Notes under the pieces: generated by a model | The model's database searches: none | What the model was told of the DNA's origin: nothing | What the model saw: the letters and a program-made list of their open reading frames with translations, nothing else | In this document: one piece after another, positions 48,288 through 58,027 of the stretch | Position numbering within the stretch: the stretch's first letter is position 1 | Layout: each line of letters starts with the position of its first letter | Origin: Planctomycetota bacterium | GTDB taxonomy: Bacteria > Planctomycetota > B15-G4 | Direction of reading: 5' to 3' | Length of the DNA stretch: 64,000 nucleotides | NCBI GenBank assembly: GCA_965248575.1 | Contig: CBDFJQ010000002.1 | Coordinates: 4,064,001-4,128,000 of the forward strand | Translations under genes and position numbers: made by a program

Positions 48288-51200
48288 ACGCCAGACCTTC
48301 GGTGATGCTGAAGCCCCAAGGCTCTGGTGCGCCTGCCGCGCCATCCAGGATGATGGCCTGCAAGGTGAACTCGATCCCCAGGAAGGCGGGGTCCGCGGGC
48401 ATCGTCACCGTGATGCTGAAGTTGCCGGCCCCGGGTGCGCCAGGCGTTCCCGATAGCGGCAGGATGAACTGGTTGATGACCATGCCGACTGCGGGGAACA
48501 GCAAGGGCGTGCGCCCGAGGCCGAATTGCACGAGGGAGGGTGCCCCCCCGACACCCTGGCTGATGACGAACTTGGGAGTGCCTCCCAGGATCGTGTAGCC
48601 CTTGCCCTCGAGCGTCGGCGTGATGCCACCGGCACCCGGCTTGCTGAGGCCATAGCTCTCGAAGGTGTGGAAGGCGTTGGGGAAGATGGACAGGCTGTCC
48701 GACAGCCCGTGGATGAGGACGAGTTCGGCGCTGCCGTCTCCATCCACATCACCGACCAGCGGTCGCAATGCCTTCCCGTCGGCATCAATGGAGGCCAGGC
48801 CGCCCACCGTCTGCAAGGAGTGGAGCCCCGTCGCGCTGCCCCGGGCGGTGCGAACGTAGGCTTGCCCCAGTCCCGTCTGGCCCAGGTCGCTGGCCGAGAT
48901 GAGGTCGAGCACTCCATCGCCTGTGATCTCCGCCAACTCCAAGGCGCCACCGGCGATGTTGCCCAAGATGGGCGCTGGTGGCGCGGGGAGGAAGGAGCCA
49001 TCGGCCTGACCGCGGGCCAGGTAGAGGCGCCCATCCGCCTCGCCCAAGGCGATGTCGAACAGCCCATTGCCGTTCAGGTCGCCGACGTCGAGTCCGCGGA
49101 TGCGAGACCAGGTGTCGCCCATGGGCCAGGCGAGCCCCGGCAGGAAGCTGCCGGCCGAGTTCTCGAACACGATCACGAAGCCCTCTTGGCTGGCTGTGTC
49201 CACCGCGCTGGTGACCAGGTCTGGAAGCGCGGAACCCAAGAAGTTGGCGAGGTGCAGACCGCCTGTCAGCTGGAAGCCCGCCGGGACGGGTACCACGACG
49301 GGTTGGGTGTCGACCATCCCGCTCGCAGGCCCAAGCCCCATGTAGACATGGATGCTGTCGGAGCCCGATGGCGCGCCCAGGAACTGCGTGACCACGATGT
49401 CGGACACGGCGTCGTCGTCGAGATCCAGCTGGGCGAAATCACCGCCCTTGGGGAGCATCAGCTGTTGTGCTTTCACCAGTTGACCGCTGACGCCTCCTGA
49501 GAAGAGCGAGAGGCTGGCCAGGACCGTGGGGTCGGCTCCCGGCCCGGTGTCCTCCCATGCGTTGTAGGCCACGAGGGGGAAGCCGAAGACGGAGCCGTTC
49601 ACGACGGTCTTCCCGCCGAAGTAGACGACCCGCGGTCCGCCGACCCAGGTGGGGCCCGGGGACACCGTGTCATCGACATTGGTCACGACGGGCGCGGCCA
49701 CGAAGCTGCCGTCGCCCTGACCGAGCAGGATGGTGAGGGAGTTGTCGGCGCGGTTCGGCACGGCAATGTCGAGCGTGCTGACCGAGTCCTGGCCGATGCC
49801 GTCGATGTCTGCGAGCACACCGTCACCGGGCTCATCGCCCGTGGCGAACTGGTTGGCCGTGATGTCGTCGAAGATCGAGGCCATGCCGTTGCCGCTGAGC
49901 AATGCGAGGAAAGTCTGGTTCTCTTCCGTCGCCGAACCCGTTCCCGCCAGCACGTCCTCGTGCCAGACCAGCACCGCGTCAGGCACCTGGTCGGTGGGCA
50001 GGCTGTAGTCCTCGATGACAGGCGTGACGCCCTTGCCTGAGTAGGCCGTGCCCAGCTCGCTGACGTTGAAACCGCCGGCACCATCCGCCTCGAGCAGGGT
50101 GAGCACCACCGGCGGGTGTTGGTTGGCGAAAGCCGTCAGCGGGTAAGCCAGGCTGCTCGTGCTCGTGTAGAGAGCGTCGAGGCGCCCGTCGCCCGTGAGG
50201 TCGGCGAGCGACCCATAGGTGGGGTGGACGCCGCCAACGTCCGGAGTCATGAAGCCGGTGAAGACGGGTGAGAGGGAGAACGAACCGTTCCCATCGCCCA
50301 GGAAGAGTTCAATGACCCCTTGGGGCTCACCGTTGGGGCCACCATCAAACTGGTGGGTGGTGATAAGCGCGTCGACGTTGCCGTCCTGGTTCAACTCGCC
50401 CAGAAGCACGCTCGCCAGGGCCTGGCCCGGGGAGAAGCTGCTCACCTCGGCCAGGCTGCCATCGCCATTGCCCAGGAGGACGGTCGCGAAGCCCGACTCC
50501 TGGCCCGACCCCACAGCCAGCGTTCCGGAGGTGGTCACCACATCGAGGAAGGCATCGTCGTTCACGAAGGCCAGGTCGAGGTCCGTGAGATCTGCCACGG
50601 GTACGAAGGTCTGGGTCGTGAAGCTGGCCATGCCATCGCCGAGCATGACCGTGACGCCATCGGCGCCGGCGACCGCCACATCGTCCTTCTGGTCTCCGTC
50701 GAAGTCGCCGACCTGGATGGCGATGGGTTGGGTGTCGGCGGCGAGTGCGGTGTTCACCGCAGGGGCGAAGGTCCCGTCCGGGAGTCCGATCAGCACCGAG
50801 ACGGAGTCACTGTCCGTGTTGGCCGTGACGACATCCGAGAGAGCGGTGAGGCCGCCCCCCAGGAATCCGCCCGAGACCGAGTCAAAGTTGCCCGCGCCCG
50901 CCTGGGCGGGGGATTCTTCCGTGGGGTAGCTGGCTCCCTCGCTGAACCCACTGCTGGCGTCCCCATCCACGCCCTGGGCCCGGACAAGGTCGCCGTCGCT
51001 CTTGGGCACGATGATGATCGGGGTGCCGATGAAGTCTGGAGGCGGAGGCAGGGAGGCGTCCGGCGGGACCACCACGAGGGTGGGGCGGCCGGGGCGACCG
51101 GTGAGGGTCGTGACGGCCCCCTCGTAGGGTTGGTTGCCGTCATCGCCCGCCGGCGTGACAAGGAACAAGACCGTGCTGGCGCCTCCCCCGGAGGAGCCCG

Positions 51201-52569
51201 GCACACCGGCGCTCAGCTCGAGGAAGCCGTTGCCGTCGAGATCCACAGCGGCCAGCGAGGAGCCGAATGCCGCGTCGTTGGAGAACTCGATACCGAGCTT
51301 GCCAGAGGTTTCGCTGATCTTGGTGTGGTCGTTGACCGTGCCGTCAGCCGCGAGGAACAGGATGTAGGCAGCGCCGTGATCGGGCTGCGGAGCGTTGTTG
51401 GGGGAGACGTCGTCGTCGCCCGGCGCGCCCACGGCAAGTTCGCGGACACCGTCCTGATTCAGATCGTCCAGAAGCGCGAGGGCGCTGCCGAATTCATCCC
51501 CCGCATCCAGGGATCCGCTAAAGCCCCCGGCAGTCTCGCTGATCTTGGAGTGCGTCAGCACGGCGCCTTGAGCGTCGAGTTCCAGGATCCACACCGCACC
51601 TCGGCCTGTGCCGGAATCGTTGCCGTCGGAATCTCCCGCGGCGCCTACGGCCAGGTCCGACGTCCCGTTGCCATCGAAGTCGCCCAGGGACGCCACGGCG
51701 CTGCCGAAGCCGTCCTTGCTGCTGAGTGCACCGCCGAGGTCTGTGCCCGTGAGCTTGCGTTGGCTGTCCACGGTTCCGTCGGCCTTCATGAACAGCAACC
51801 ACACAGCACCCTGTGCGAGGGTCTGGTCGGAGTCGCGGTCGGCGCCCACGGCGAGATCGGTGATGCCATCGCCATTCAAGTCACCCAGATTGGCCAGGGA
51901 TCGCCCGAAGCCGTCGTTGGATTGAAGGGTTCCCGTGAACCCGCCGGAGCCCTCGGTGATCTTGACGTGGGAGGCCACGCTCCCGTCGCTGTTGAGGAAC
52001 AGGATCCACGCGGCTCCCCGGTTGTTGCCACCCGAGCCGTCTCCGCTGGAGCCCACCGCGAGGTCGGGGACGCCATCCCCATTCAGGTCGCCGAGGCCTG
52101 CGAGGGAGCGTCCGATGCCGTCGTTGTTCGAGAGCGCGGCGCCGAAGCCGCCAGTCGTGTTGCTGATCTTGGTCGTGGACGAGACGGTGCCGTTGGCAGC
52201 CATGAAGAGCACGTACACGGCTCCACGATCCTTGCCGCCGTCGTCATCGCCATCGGCTCCGAGCGCCATGTCGTCGATGCCATCCCCATTGATGTCACCC
52301 AGGGCCGCCACCGAGACGCCCAAGTCATCGCCAGGGTCGATGCTGCCCAGGAAGCCACCCGAGCCTTCGGCCAGGAACTGCAGCGAGTTCACCTCGCCCA
52401 GGGGCGCCTGGGCCGTGGCAGAGGAGGAGCCGAGGATGGACACCAGGACCGCGGCGACCCAGAGCGGGCTCGCCAGGGACCTGGGTTGGGGACGAGGGGA
52501 CCGGCCAGGGGACCGGCCAGAGGGCCGGGAAGTGAACCGGGAGAAGGGGGCTGCAGGACGCTTCTTCAT
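48271..52569 (-). CDS. Large secreted integrin-alpha-like FG-GAP/VCBS repeat protein
   Basis: Six ~70-aa FG..A.LGD.NGDG..DLAVGA repeats, a Pro-rich linker, many D.[ND]GDG..D repeats, and a ~130-aa non-repeat C-terminal domain. Confidence 0.88.
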   Translation of the reverse strand: MKKRPAAPFSRFTSRPSGRSPGRSPRPQPRSLASPLWVAAVLVSILGSSSATAQAPLGEVNSLQFLAEGSGGFLGSIDPGDDLGVSVAALGDINGDGIDDMALGADGDDDGGKDRGAVYVLFMAANGTVSSTTKISNTTGGFGAALSNNDGIGRSLAGLGDLNGDGVPDLAVGSSGDGSGGNNRGAAWILFLNSDGSVASHVKITEGSGGFTGTLQSNDGFGRSLANLGDLNGDGITDLAVGADRDSDQTLAQGAVWLLFMKADGTVDSQRKLTGTDLGGALSSKDGFGSAVASLGDFDGNGTSDLAVGAAGDSDGNDSGTGRGAVWILELDAQGAVLTHSKISETAGGFSGSLDAGDEFGSALALLDDLNQDGVRELAVGAPGDDDVSPNNAPQPDHGAAYILFLAADGTVNDHTKISETSGKLGIEFSNDAAFGSSLAAVDLDGNGFLELSAGVPGSSGGGASTVLFLVTPAGDDGNQPYEGAVTTLTGRPGRPTLVVVPPDASLPPPPDFIGTPIIIVPKSDGDLVRAQGVDGDASSGFSEGASYPTEESPAQAGAGNFDSVSGGFLGGGLTALSDVVTANTDSDSVSVLIGLPDGTFAPAVNTALAADTQPIAIQVGDFDGDQKDDVAVAGADGVTVMLGDGMASFTTQTFVPVADLTDLDLAFVNDDAFLDVVTTSGTLAVGSGQESGFATVLLGNGDGSLAEVSSFSPGQALASVLLGELNQDGNVDALITTHQFDGGPNGEPQGVIELFLGDGNGSFSLSPVFTGFMTPDVGGVHPTYGSLADLTGDGRLDALYTSTSSLAYPLTAFANQHPPVVLTLLEADGAGGFNVSELGTAYSGKGVTPVIEDYSLPTDQVPDAVLVWHEDVLAGTGSATEENQTFLALLSGNGMASIFDDITANQFATGDEPGDGVLADIDGIGQDSVSTLDIAVPNRADNSLTILLGQGDGSFVAAPVVTNVDDTVSPGPTWVGGPRVVYFGGKTVVNGSVFGFPLVAYNAWEDTGPGADPTVLASLSLFSGGVSGQLVKAQQLMLPKGGDFAQLDLDDDAVSDIVVTQFLGAPSGSDSIHVYMGLGPASGMVDTQPVVVPVPAGFQLTGGLHLANFLGSALPDLVTSAVDTASQEGFVIVFENSAGSFLPGLAWPMGDTWSRIRGLDVGDLNGNGLFDIALGEADGRLYLARGQADGSFLPAPPAPILGNIAGGALELAEITGDGVLDLISASDLGQTGLGQAYVRTARGSATGLHSLQTVGGLASIDADGKALRPLVGDVDGDGSAELVLIHGLSDSLSIFPNAFHTFESYGLSKPGAGGITPTLEGKGYTILGGTPKFVISQGVGGAPSLVQFGLGRTPLLFPAVGMVINQFILPLSGTPGAPGAGNFSITVTMPADPAFLGIEFTLQAIILDGAAGAPEPWGFSITEGLAFTLVE

Positions 52570-52805
52570 GACGGAGACTCTTGGCCAGATCCTTGCGGGA
52601 GGGGGTCGGGCTCCGACCGGACCGGAGACTCGACACCGCAAGCGAGTGAGAAGGGGACACCCTGGAACATGATTCCATCCAGGCTCGCGAGGATGCCGCG
52701 ATGGCCCTGAATGGGATTCCGTTGCCCGGGTCGAAGGCCCCCGCCTTCACAGGTGGATCCTAATCCCATATCCACTGCTCAGGGGGGCTGCAGCGGGATC
52801 GGCCG

Positions 52806-54311
52806 TTACTTTAGGTAGCCCAGGGCCCGCAGCTGCTCCAGATGCTCCTCGTCCATGGCCTGAGGTTGGACGTCGAGTGGGCCCGATCCGGACTCTTCGG
52901 CACCCTGCAAGGGCGTCCCACGTAGGTGCCACTGGGCCAGCCAGGCCTGCATGGAGAGCACGAGGTCCGGGCGCTCTGAGGCGAGGTTGTGGCTTTCCGT
53001 CGGGTCTTGCTCCAGGTCATAGAGTTGGACGAGCCGCGGCTCCTCCATGTCCGGCGGGCTTTGGCTTGCTACGCCCACCAGGGGCGTGATCAGCTTGAAC
53101 CGTCCGTCGCGCAGGGACTCGGCTCGCCCGCCCTTCTGGACCTGGCTGCTGACGGCGATGCGGTGGGCCGTCTCCTCGCCTGTCATGAGTGGGACGAGGC
53201 TGGCTCCGCGGCCCGGCTTGTCAGCCACCGGGGCGGCTGGAGTCTCCAGCTCCACGGACAGCAGCTCGGCGAGGGTGGGCAGGATGTCGATGCTGCGCAC
53301 CTGGGTGCTCACGGTCTTCACGGCCCAGCTGCGCGTGGGGTCATGGATGATCAGAGGCACCAACAGGAGGTTGTCCTTGAGCGAATGCCCATGGTCGAAG
53401 GCCAGGTGCTCGGGATGTTCGCCCAATTCTTCCCCGTGATCGGAAGTGACAGCGACCACCGTGCTCTCGCGCAACCCCAGCTCGTCGAGGAAGCCGAGGA
53501 AGTTGCCGATGTGGCGATCGGTGCTGGCGATGCCGCCATCGTAGAGGCGACGGATGTGCTCCCGCTCTTGTTCGGTGAGTTTGATCTCTCCTCGCTCGGT
53601 GGCACGAAGCAGCTCGATGTCGAAGTGATCGCCAATGCGTCCACCTTCGCCCTGTGTGAAGCGTGGGCGCTCGTAGGGTGTGTGGACCTCGTAGGTGTGG
53701 ATCACCAGGAGGAAGGGGCTGTCGCCATGCTGGGCGAGCCACTGGCGGGCCTGGGAGAAGGTGCGGGCCACGCCGCCCACGAGCGGCTGTTTTGCGTTGA
53801 GCCGCTTGCCTGAGACGACGGCATGAAAAGCACCGCTCTCTTCGGAGAAGGTGTCGAAGCCCCGGTCCATGTCGAAGTGCTTGGAGACGAAGGCGCCTTC
53901 GGTGAAGGCAGCCGTCTGTAGGCCTGCCGTCTGGAAGCTCTCGATGAGCGAACTCTTCAACCTCAGCTTGCGGTTGAAGGCGGCTTCCGGCGAACGGCCG
54001 GCGAGCAGGGCAGCCACGCTGGGCATGGTCCACGGGGCAGCGCTCACGGCCTGCTCGAAGCGCACGCCTTGCGCGGCAAGCCGGTCGAGGTTCGGGCTCG
54101 TGTTGCGAGGGTGGCCGTAGGACCCCAGACGATCGGGACGCAGGGTGTCGACCAGGATCAAGACGGCGCCTTGGGGGCGGCTGGGTGTGGGAGACGAGGG
54201 CTCCGAGCACCCCGCAAGCAAGCTGAGGAGGGCCGCAAGCAGCGCGCACACGCTCTGGTATGGGGGCGCCTGCAGGGGCGTGGTGAGCCGGTCGAGAGTC
54301 GGCGAAAGCAC
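52806..54311 (-). CDS. Sulfatase-like (alkaline phosphatase superfamily) lipoprotein
   Basis: LLAG-C lipobox, VDTLRPD, WTMPS, HTPY, TSDHGE, DHGH and C-terminal QLRALGY; start uncertain. Confidence 0.85.
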   Translation of the reverse strand: MLSPTLDRLTTPLQAPPYQSVCALLAALLSLLAGCSEPSSPTPSRPQGAVLILVDTLRPDRLGSYGHPRNTSPNLDRLAAQGVRFEQAVSAAPWTMPSVAALLAGRSPEAAFNRKLRLKSSLIESFQTAGLQTAAFTEGAFVSKHFDMDRGFDTFSEESGAFHAVVSGKRLNAKQPLVGGVARTFSQARQWLAQHGDSPFLLVIHTYEVHTPYERPRFTQGEGGRIGDHFDIELLRATERGEIKLTEQEREHIRRLYDGGIASTDRHIGNFLGFLDELGLRESTVVAVTSDHGEELGEHPEHLAFDHGHSLKDNLLLVPLIIHDPTRSWAVKTVSTQVRSIDILPTLAELLSVELETPAAPVADKPGRGASLVPLMTGEETAHRIAVSSQVQKGGRAESLRDGRFKLITPLVGVASQSPPDMEEPRLVQLYDLEQDPTESHNLASERPDLVLSMQAWLAQWHLRGTPLQGAEESGSGPLDVQPQAMDEEHLEQLRALGYLK

Positions 54312-54460
54312 GTCAGGGGCAGGGCCGTGGAGAGGGGCGGAGCGGGGGCAGGTGGCCTCGAAAGGCAGGGGCCCAAGCAGGGGCCCAAGACTTGAAGCAT
54401 GATGGCTGTGACTGGGGCAATATCGTGGGCCCGCCGCGTCAAGCACACAAGGAGTTTGCC

Positions 54461-55003
54461 ATGTTCCGTCTCTGCACGCTTTTGGTCCTGGCGATGGTGT
54501 CCGTGCCCGGGGCGACCCTCTTCAAAGGGCGCCTGCAACGGATCCATGACGAGTGGGCAACGGAGAAGCCCTTCGACCGGAGCCAGTCCCGAGACTACGA
54601 CGAGGTGAACTTCGCGGCCCATGGCCTGACGGAGATCTCCCTGGAACGGGACGACCTTGCGGGAGTGGGCCCTGCGTACGCCGTGTCGTTCAGTTCAGAC
54701 GGTGCCGCGCGCTTCATGGGCATACGACATGGCGAGCGTATGGGCTTCTACGAAGGCACGCTCGCGCGCTGGCAATTCGATGCCTTGGCCCAGTTCGCCG
54801 AGTCCATGGGTTTCAGGGAACTCGAGCACACCTACCTCGGGACGATCGTGGATCAATCGGCGGTGTTCACGAGCGTCGTGCGCCGAGGAGAGCGCAGCGT
54901 GGTCCGCAACAACTCACGGGCAGGGCCGCCCGCGCTCTGGGTCTTTGAGCAGACCATTGAGAAGCTCATGGGCGATGTCGATTGGAAGCCCTCCGATAAT
55001 TAG
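54461..55003 (+). CDS. Small exported protein, DUF6438-like
   Basis: AAGGAG SD; hydrophobic N-terminus; ISLER....GPAYAVSFSSDG pattern. Confidence 0.55.
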   Translation: MFRLCTLLVLAMVSVPGATLFKGRLQRIHDEWATEKPFDRSQSRDYDEVNFAAHGLTEISLERDDLAGVGPAYAVSFSSDGAARFMGIRHGERMGFYEGTLARWQFDALAQFAESMGFRELEHTYLGTIVDQSAVFTSVVRRGERSVVRNNSRAGPPALWVFEQTIEKLMGDVDWKPSDN

Positions 55004-55029
55004 AACCCCAGTGGCTTTTGAGTTCTCGT

Positions 55030-55073
55030 CATGACACGGGCATGACAGTCCGCCCCGCCGTCCTTTCTAGACT
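55030..55073 (+). promoter_or_regulatory. hem operon promoter: CATGACA-N4-CATGACA repeat plus -10 TAGACT 6 nt before ATG
   Basis: CATGACA at 55030-55036 and 55041-55047 (11-bp period); TAGACT at 55068-55073; ATG at 55080; no SD. Confidence 0.6.
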
Positions 55074-55079
55074 GCTGTC

Positions 55080-56324
55080 ATGGAACGCATCGCCGTCGCC
55101 GGCCTGACTCTTCACGATACGGATCTTTCCGGTTTGGAACGCGTCCGGCGCCCCGCGGTCGGGGAGGAGAACGCCTTCCTGCGCTGTCTCAGTGATGAAC
55201 TGGGGGCCTCGGAATTGGTGCTCCTCGCCACCTGCAATCGGGTGGAGGTGATCTACGCCCGGGAGGAGGGGGACCCCCCTGGGGCCGAGGACCTGGACCA
55301 GCTCAACAAGTTCCTGGTGACGGAGAAGACGGACGGGCCAATCCCCTTCGTCTTGCGCCAAGGGCGGGAGGCCATCCAGCATCTCTTCCGGGTGACCTGC
55401 TCCCTGGACTCGCTCGTGTTGGGTGAGGACCAGATCATTGCCCAGGTGCGTTCGGCCTACGGTCGCTCGGCGGACATCGGTCTGGTGGGCAACCTCCTGG
55501 CCCCGCTGTTCCACCACGCGTTGCAGATCGGCAAGAAGGTGCGCAGCGAAACAGAGTTGGCCCGACACCCGGTCTCGGTCGTGAACCTCGCGGTTCAGCG
55601 CCTTGCCCAGGAGCAGGACGCGGCGCAGCTTTGCACGGCTGTGGTGGGTGCAGGCGAGATGGGTGGCCTGTTGGCGCGCACCTTGCAGACCGCCGGCCTG
55701 GCGCCAACCTTCCTCGTGAATCGCAGCCTGGACAAGGCCGTGGGCCTGGCGCGCGAAGTCGGTGCAGCTGCCGTGTCGCTGGAGTCCTTCTTGGCCGGAG
55801 AGCACCCGGTGGATGTCGTGGTGACCGCGACCGCCTCGCCCCAGGTGCTGTTCCCTGCAGCGGGCTTGGGAGAACTCGCCAGGCAATGCCCCGGCGGCGG
55901 CCCCCTGTTGGGGATCGACCTCGCCGTGCCACGCAACCTGCCCGCGGAGGCGGGCCCGGGTGTCGAGATCATGGATCTGGATGCCTTGCGCAGCATCGCC
56001 GACTTCAACCGCGGGCGGCGTGCCGAGGCGGCTGGCGAGGCAGAGGCCCTCGTTCGCGACAAGCTGGATCGCTATGTGCAACGCTTCAACGAGGAGGCGG
56101 CAGCGCCGGCTGTTTCGGAGCTGAAGCAGGCGGCTGAGGAGATCCTCGTGCGCGAATTGCAGTCGCTCCTGAGCGGGCGCCTCGCTCATCTGGATGGCCA
56201 GGATCGTCAGGCCATCCAACGTTGGGCACGAGCCACGTTCGGGAGGCTCATGCACCCCTCAGTGACCGCCTTGAAGCGAATGGCAGCAGACAAGGTTGAG
56301 AGCCCTGAAGAGGAGTCCCTGTGA
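55080..56324 (+). CDS. hemA: Glutamyl-tRNA reductase
   Basis: LATCNRVE, SLDSLVLGEDQI, GAGEMG and DLAVPRN. Confidence 0.95.
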   Translation: MERIAVAGLTLHDTDLSGLERVRRPAVGEENAFLRCLSDELGASELVLLATCNRVEVIYAREEGDPPGAEDLDQLNKFLVTEKTDGPIPFVLRQGREAIQHLFRVTCSLDSLVLGEDQIIAQVRSAYGRSADIGLVGNLLAPLFHHALQIGKKVRSETELARHPVSVVNLAVQRLAQEQDAAQLCTAVVGAGEMGGLLARTLQTAGLAPTFLVNRSLDKAVGLAREVGAAAVSLESFLAGEHPVDVVVTATASPQVLFPAAGLGELARQCPGGGPLLGIDLAVPRNLPAEAGPGVEIMDLDALRSIADFNRGRRAEAAGEAEALVRDKLDRYVQRFNEEAAAPAVSELKQAAEEILVRELQSLLSGRLAHLDGQDRQAIQRWARATFGRLMHPSVTALKRMAADKVESPEEESL

Positions 56325-58027
56325 AGATTCGGATTGGAACACGTGGGTCGGACCTGGCTCTGTGGCAGGCGAACCACATCGCGTCGCGATTGACGGAAGG
56401 CGGCGGCGGAGCGGTGGAGGTCGAGCTGTGCATCATCAAGACGCGCGGTGACACCATCGACGACGTGCCGCTACAAAACGTCGAGGGCAAGGCGTTCTTC
56501 ACCGCTGAGATCGAGAAGGCTCTGCTGGACGGCGAGGTGGATCTCGCTGTCCACAGCCACAAGGACCTTGCCACCAGCTCGCCCGACGGTTTGGTCATCA
56601 TGGCTGTCCCCGAGCGCGGGCCCGTGGCCGAGGTCTTGCTGATCCAAGAGGCTGCCTACGATCCCGGCGCACCCTTGCTGCCGCTCAAGGCGGGTGCGCG
56701 GGTCGGCACCAGCGCGCCACGCCGTCGCGCACAGCTGCTCGCCCTGCGCCCCGACCTGGACGTCGCGGATCTGCGCGGCAATGTCCCCACGCGCGTGCGC
56801 CGCTGCCAGTCGGGGCTGTATGACGCCGTCGTCCTGGCGGCAGCTGGCATCGAACGCCTGGAGTTGTCGACCGAGGGGCTGACCTGCGTGGCCCTCTCTC
56901 TGGATGACTTCGTGCCCGCGCCAGCTCAGGGTGCGCTGGCCATTCAGATTCGTGACGGCGACAAGGCGCTGGCCGACCTCTGTCGCGCTCACCTTCACCA
57001 CGAAGCCACGGCGGCCCGGGTGGAAGCGGAACGCTCGCTTCTGGAACGCCTCGGCGGCGGCTGCAGCATGCCACTCGGCGTGCACATTGATCTGGAGGAT
57101 GGCGTGCGCGCCCGGGCCTTCCTGGGCGCTGGCTGTCCCACGCCGGAGGCACCTCTGCGCTGGGCAGAGGCGACGGGCGAGACGCCCCAGGCTGCCGCCG
57201 ACGCCGTGCTGGAGCTCTTGATGAGCCCCACGCCCACGGGCTTCGGCCCCTTGGCCGGGACGCACGTGGTCCTGGTGGGGACGGGCCTCAGCACCGATCT
57301 CGGCGCGGGGACAAGCGCCCCGAAGGGCGGCGGACTGGCCCACTCCCTCGAAGCCTTGGGCGCTCGAGTGAGCCACGACCAGGTACTCGCCCATGAAGAG
57401 CTGCCTCAGCCGCAGCTGAGCGAGCGCCTGGCCGCGCTGTCGGCGGGAGACGCCTTGGCCATCACGAGTCAGGAAGCGGCACGCCGCCTGGCGGGGCACA
57501 CGGTCCCGGCGGGAGTGGGTGTGGCTGCGGTGGGTCCTGCAACGGCCCGGGCCCTGGCGAGCTCCGGCATCGAGGTGAGTCATGTGGGCGAGGGTGGGGC
57601 TGCCGAGCTGGCGCGAGACCTACCCCTGGCGGCGGATGCACGCGTGTTGTTCGTGTGCGCCGAGCAGCCTCGGGACGAGTTGCGCGCCGGTCTGGAGCAA
57701 CGATCGATTCCGGTGGAGCTGTTGCCCGTCTATCGCACGGTGCCCGCCGATGGGGGGGCACCCGTAGGTGATGCCGACATGCGGCTCTATATGAGCCCCT
57801 CGGCGGTGACGGCCTCGCATGCCTTCGGCCGGGAGGCTTCACGCCCCGCCGCGCTTCGCTTGGGTCTGGGGACGGCGACGTGCGAGGCTCTGTCGGCAGC
57901 GGGGCTGGATCACCATGCACCTCCGTCTTCGGGGCCTGCCGCGGCCCTCGCGCTGGCCGCCTCCCTGCTCGTCAGCCGTGCCGGTGGCCGGGAGGTCTCT
58001 GCATCAAGCTCTAGGAGAACGCCCTGA
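56321..58027 (+). CDS. hemC: Hydroxymethylbilane synthase fused to uroporphyrinogen-III synthase (HemC-HemD)
   Basis: IGTRGSDLALWQ, VHSHKD, LRGNV and LGGGCSMP; C-terminal ITS, AVGPATARAL, VYRT and MSPSAV (HemD). Confidence 0.92.
   Translation: MKIRIGTRGSDLALWQANHIASRLTEGGGGAVEVELCIIKTRGDTIDDVPLQNVEGKAFFTAEIEKALLDGEVDLAVHSHKDLATSSPDGLVIMAVPERGPVAEVLLIQEAAYDPGAPLLPLKAGARVGTSAPRRRAQLLALRPDLDVADLRGNVPTRVRRCQSGLYDAVVLAAAGIERLELSTEGLTCVALSLDDFVPAPAQGALAIQIRDGDKALADLCRAHLHHEATAARVEAERSLLERLGGGCSMPLGVHIDLEDGVRARAFLGAGCPTPEAPLRWAEATGETPQAAADAVLELLMSPTPTGFGPLAGTHVVLVGTGLSTDLGAGTSAPKGGGLAHSLEALGARVSHDQVLAHEELPQPQLSERLAALSAGDALAITSQEAARRLAGHTVPAGVGVAAVGPATARALASSGIEVSHVGEGGAAELARDLPLAADARVLFVCAEQPRDELRAGLEQRSIPVELLPVYRTVPADGGAPVGDADMRLYMSPSAVTASHAFGREASRPAALRLGLGTATCEALSAAGLDHHAPPSSGPAAALALAASLLVSRAGGREVSASSSRRTP

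Noticed and set aside
50320..52710. 796-aa plus-strand ORF and similar long antisense ORFs (45447-47510, 42820-44451, 39312-40949, 29847-31454, 55029-56255)
   Set aside because: All lie opposite well-supported genes and lack domain signatures; stop codons are scarce in GC-rich antisense frames.
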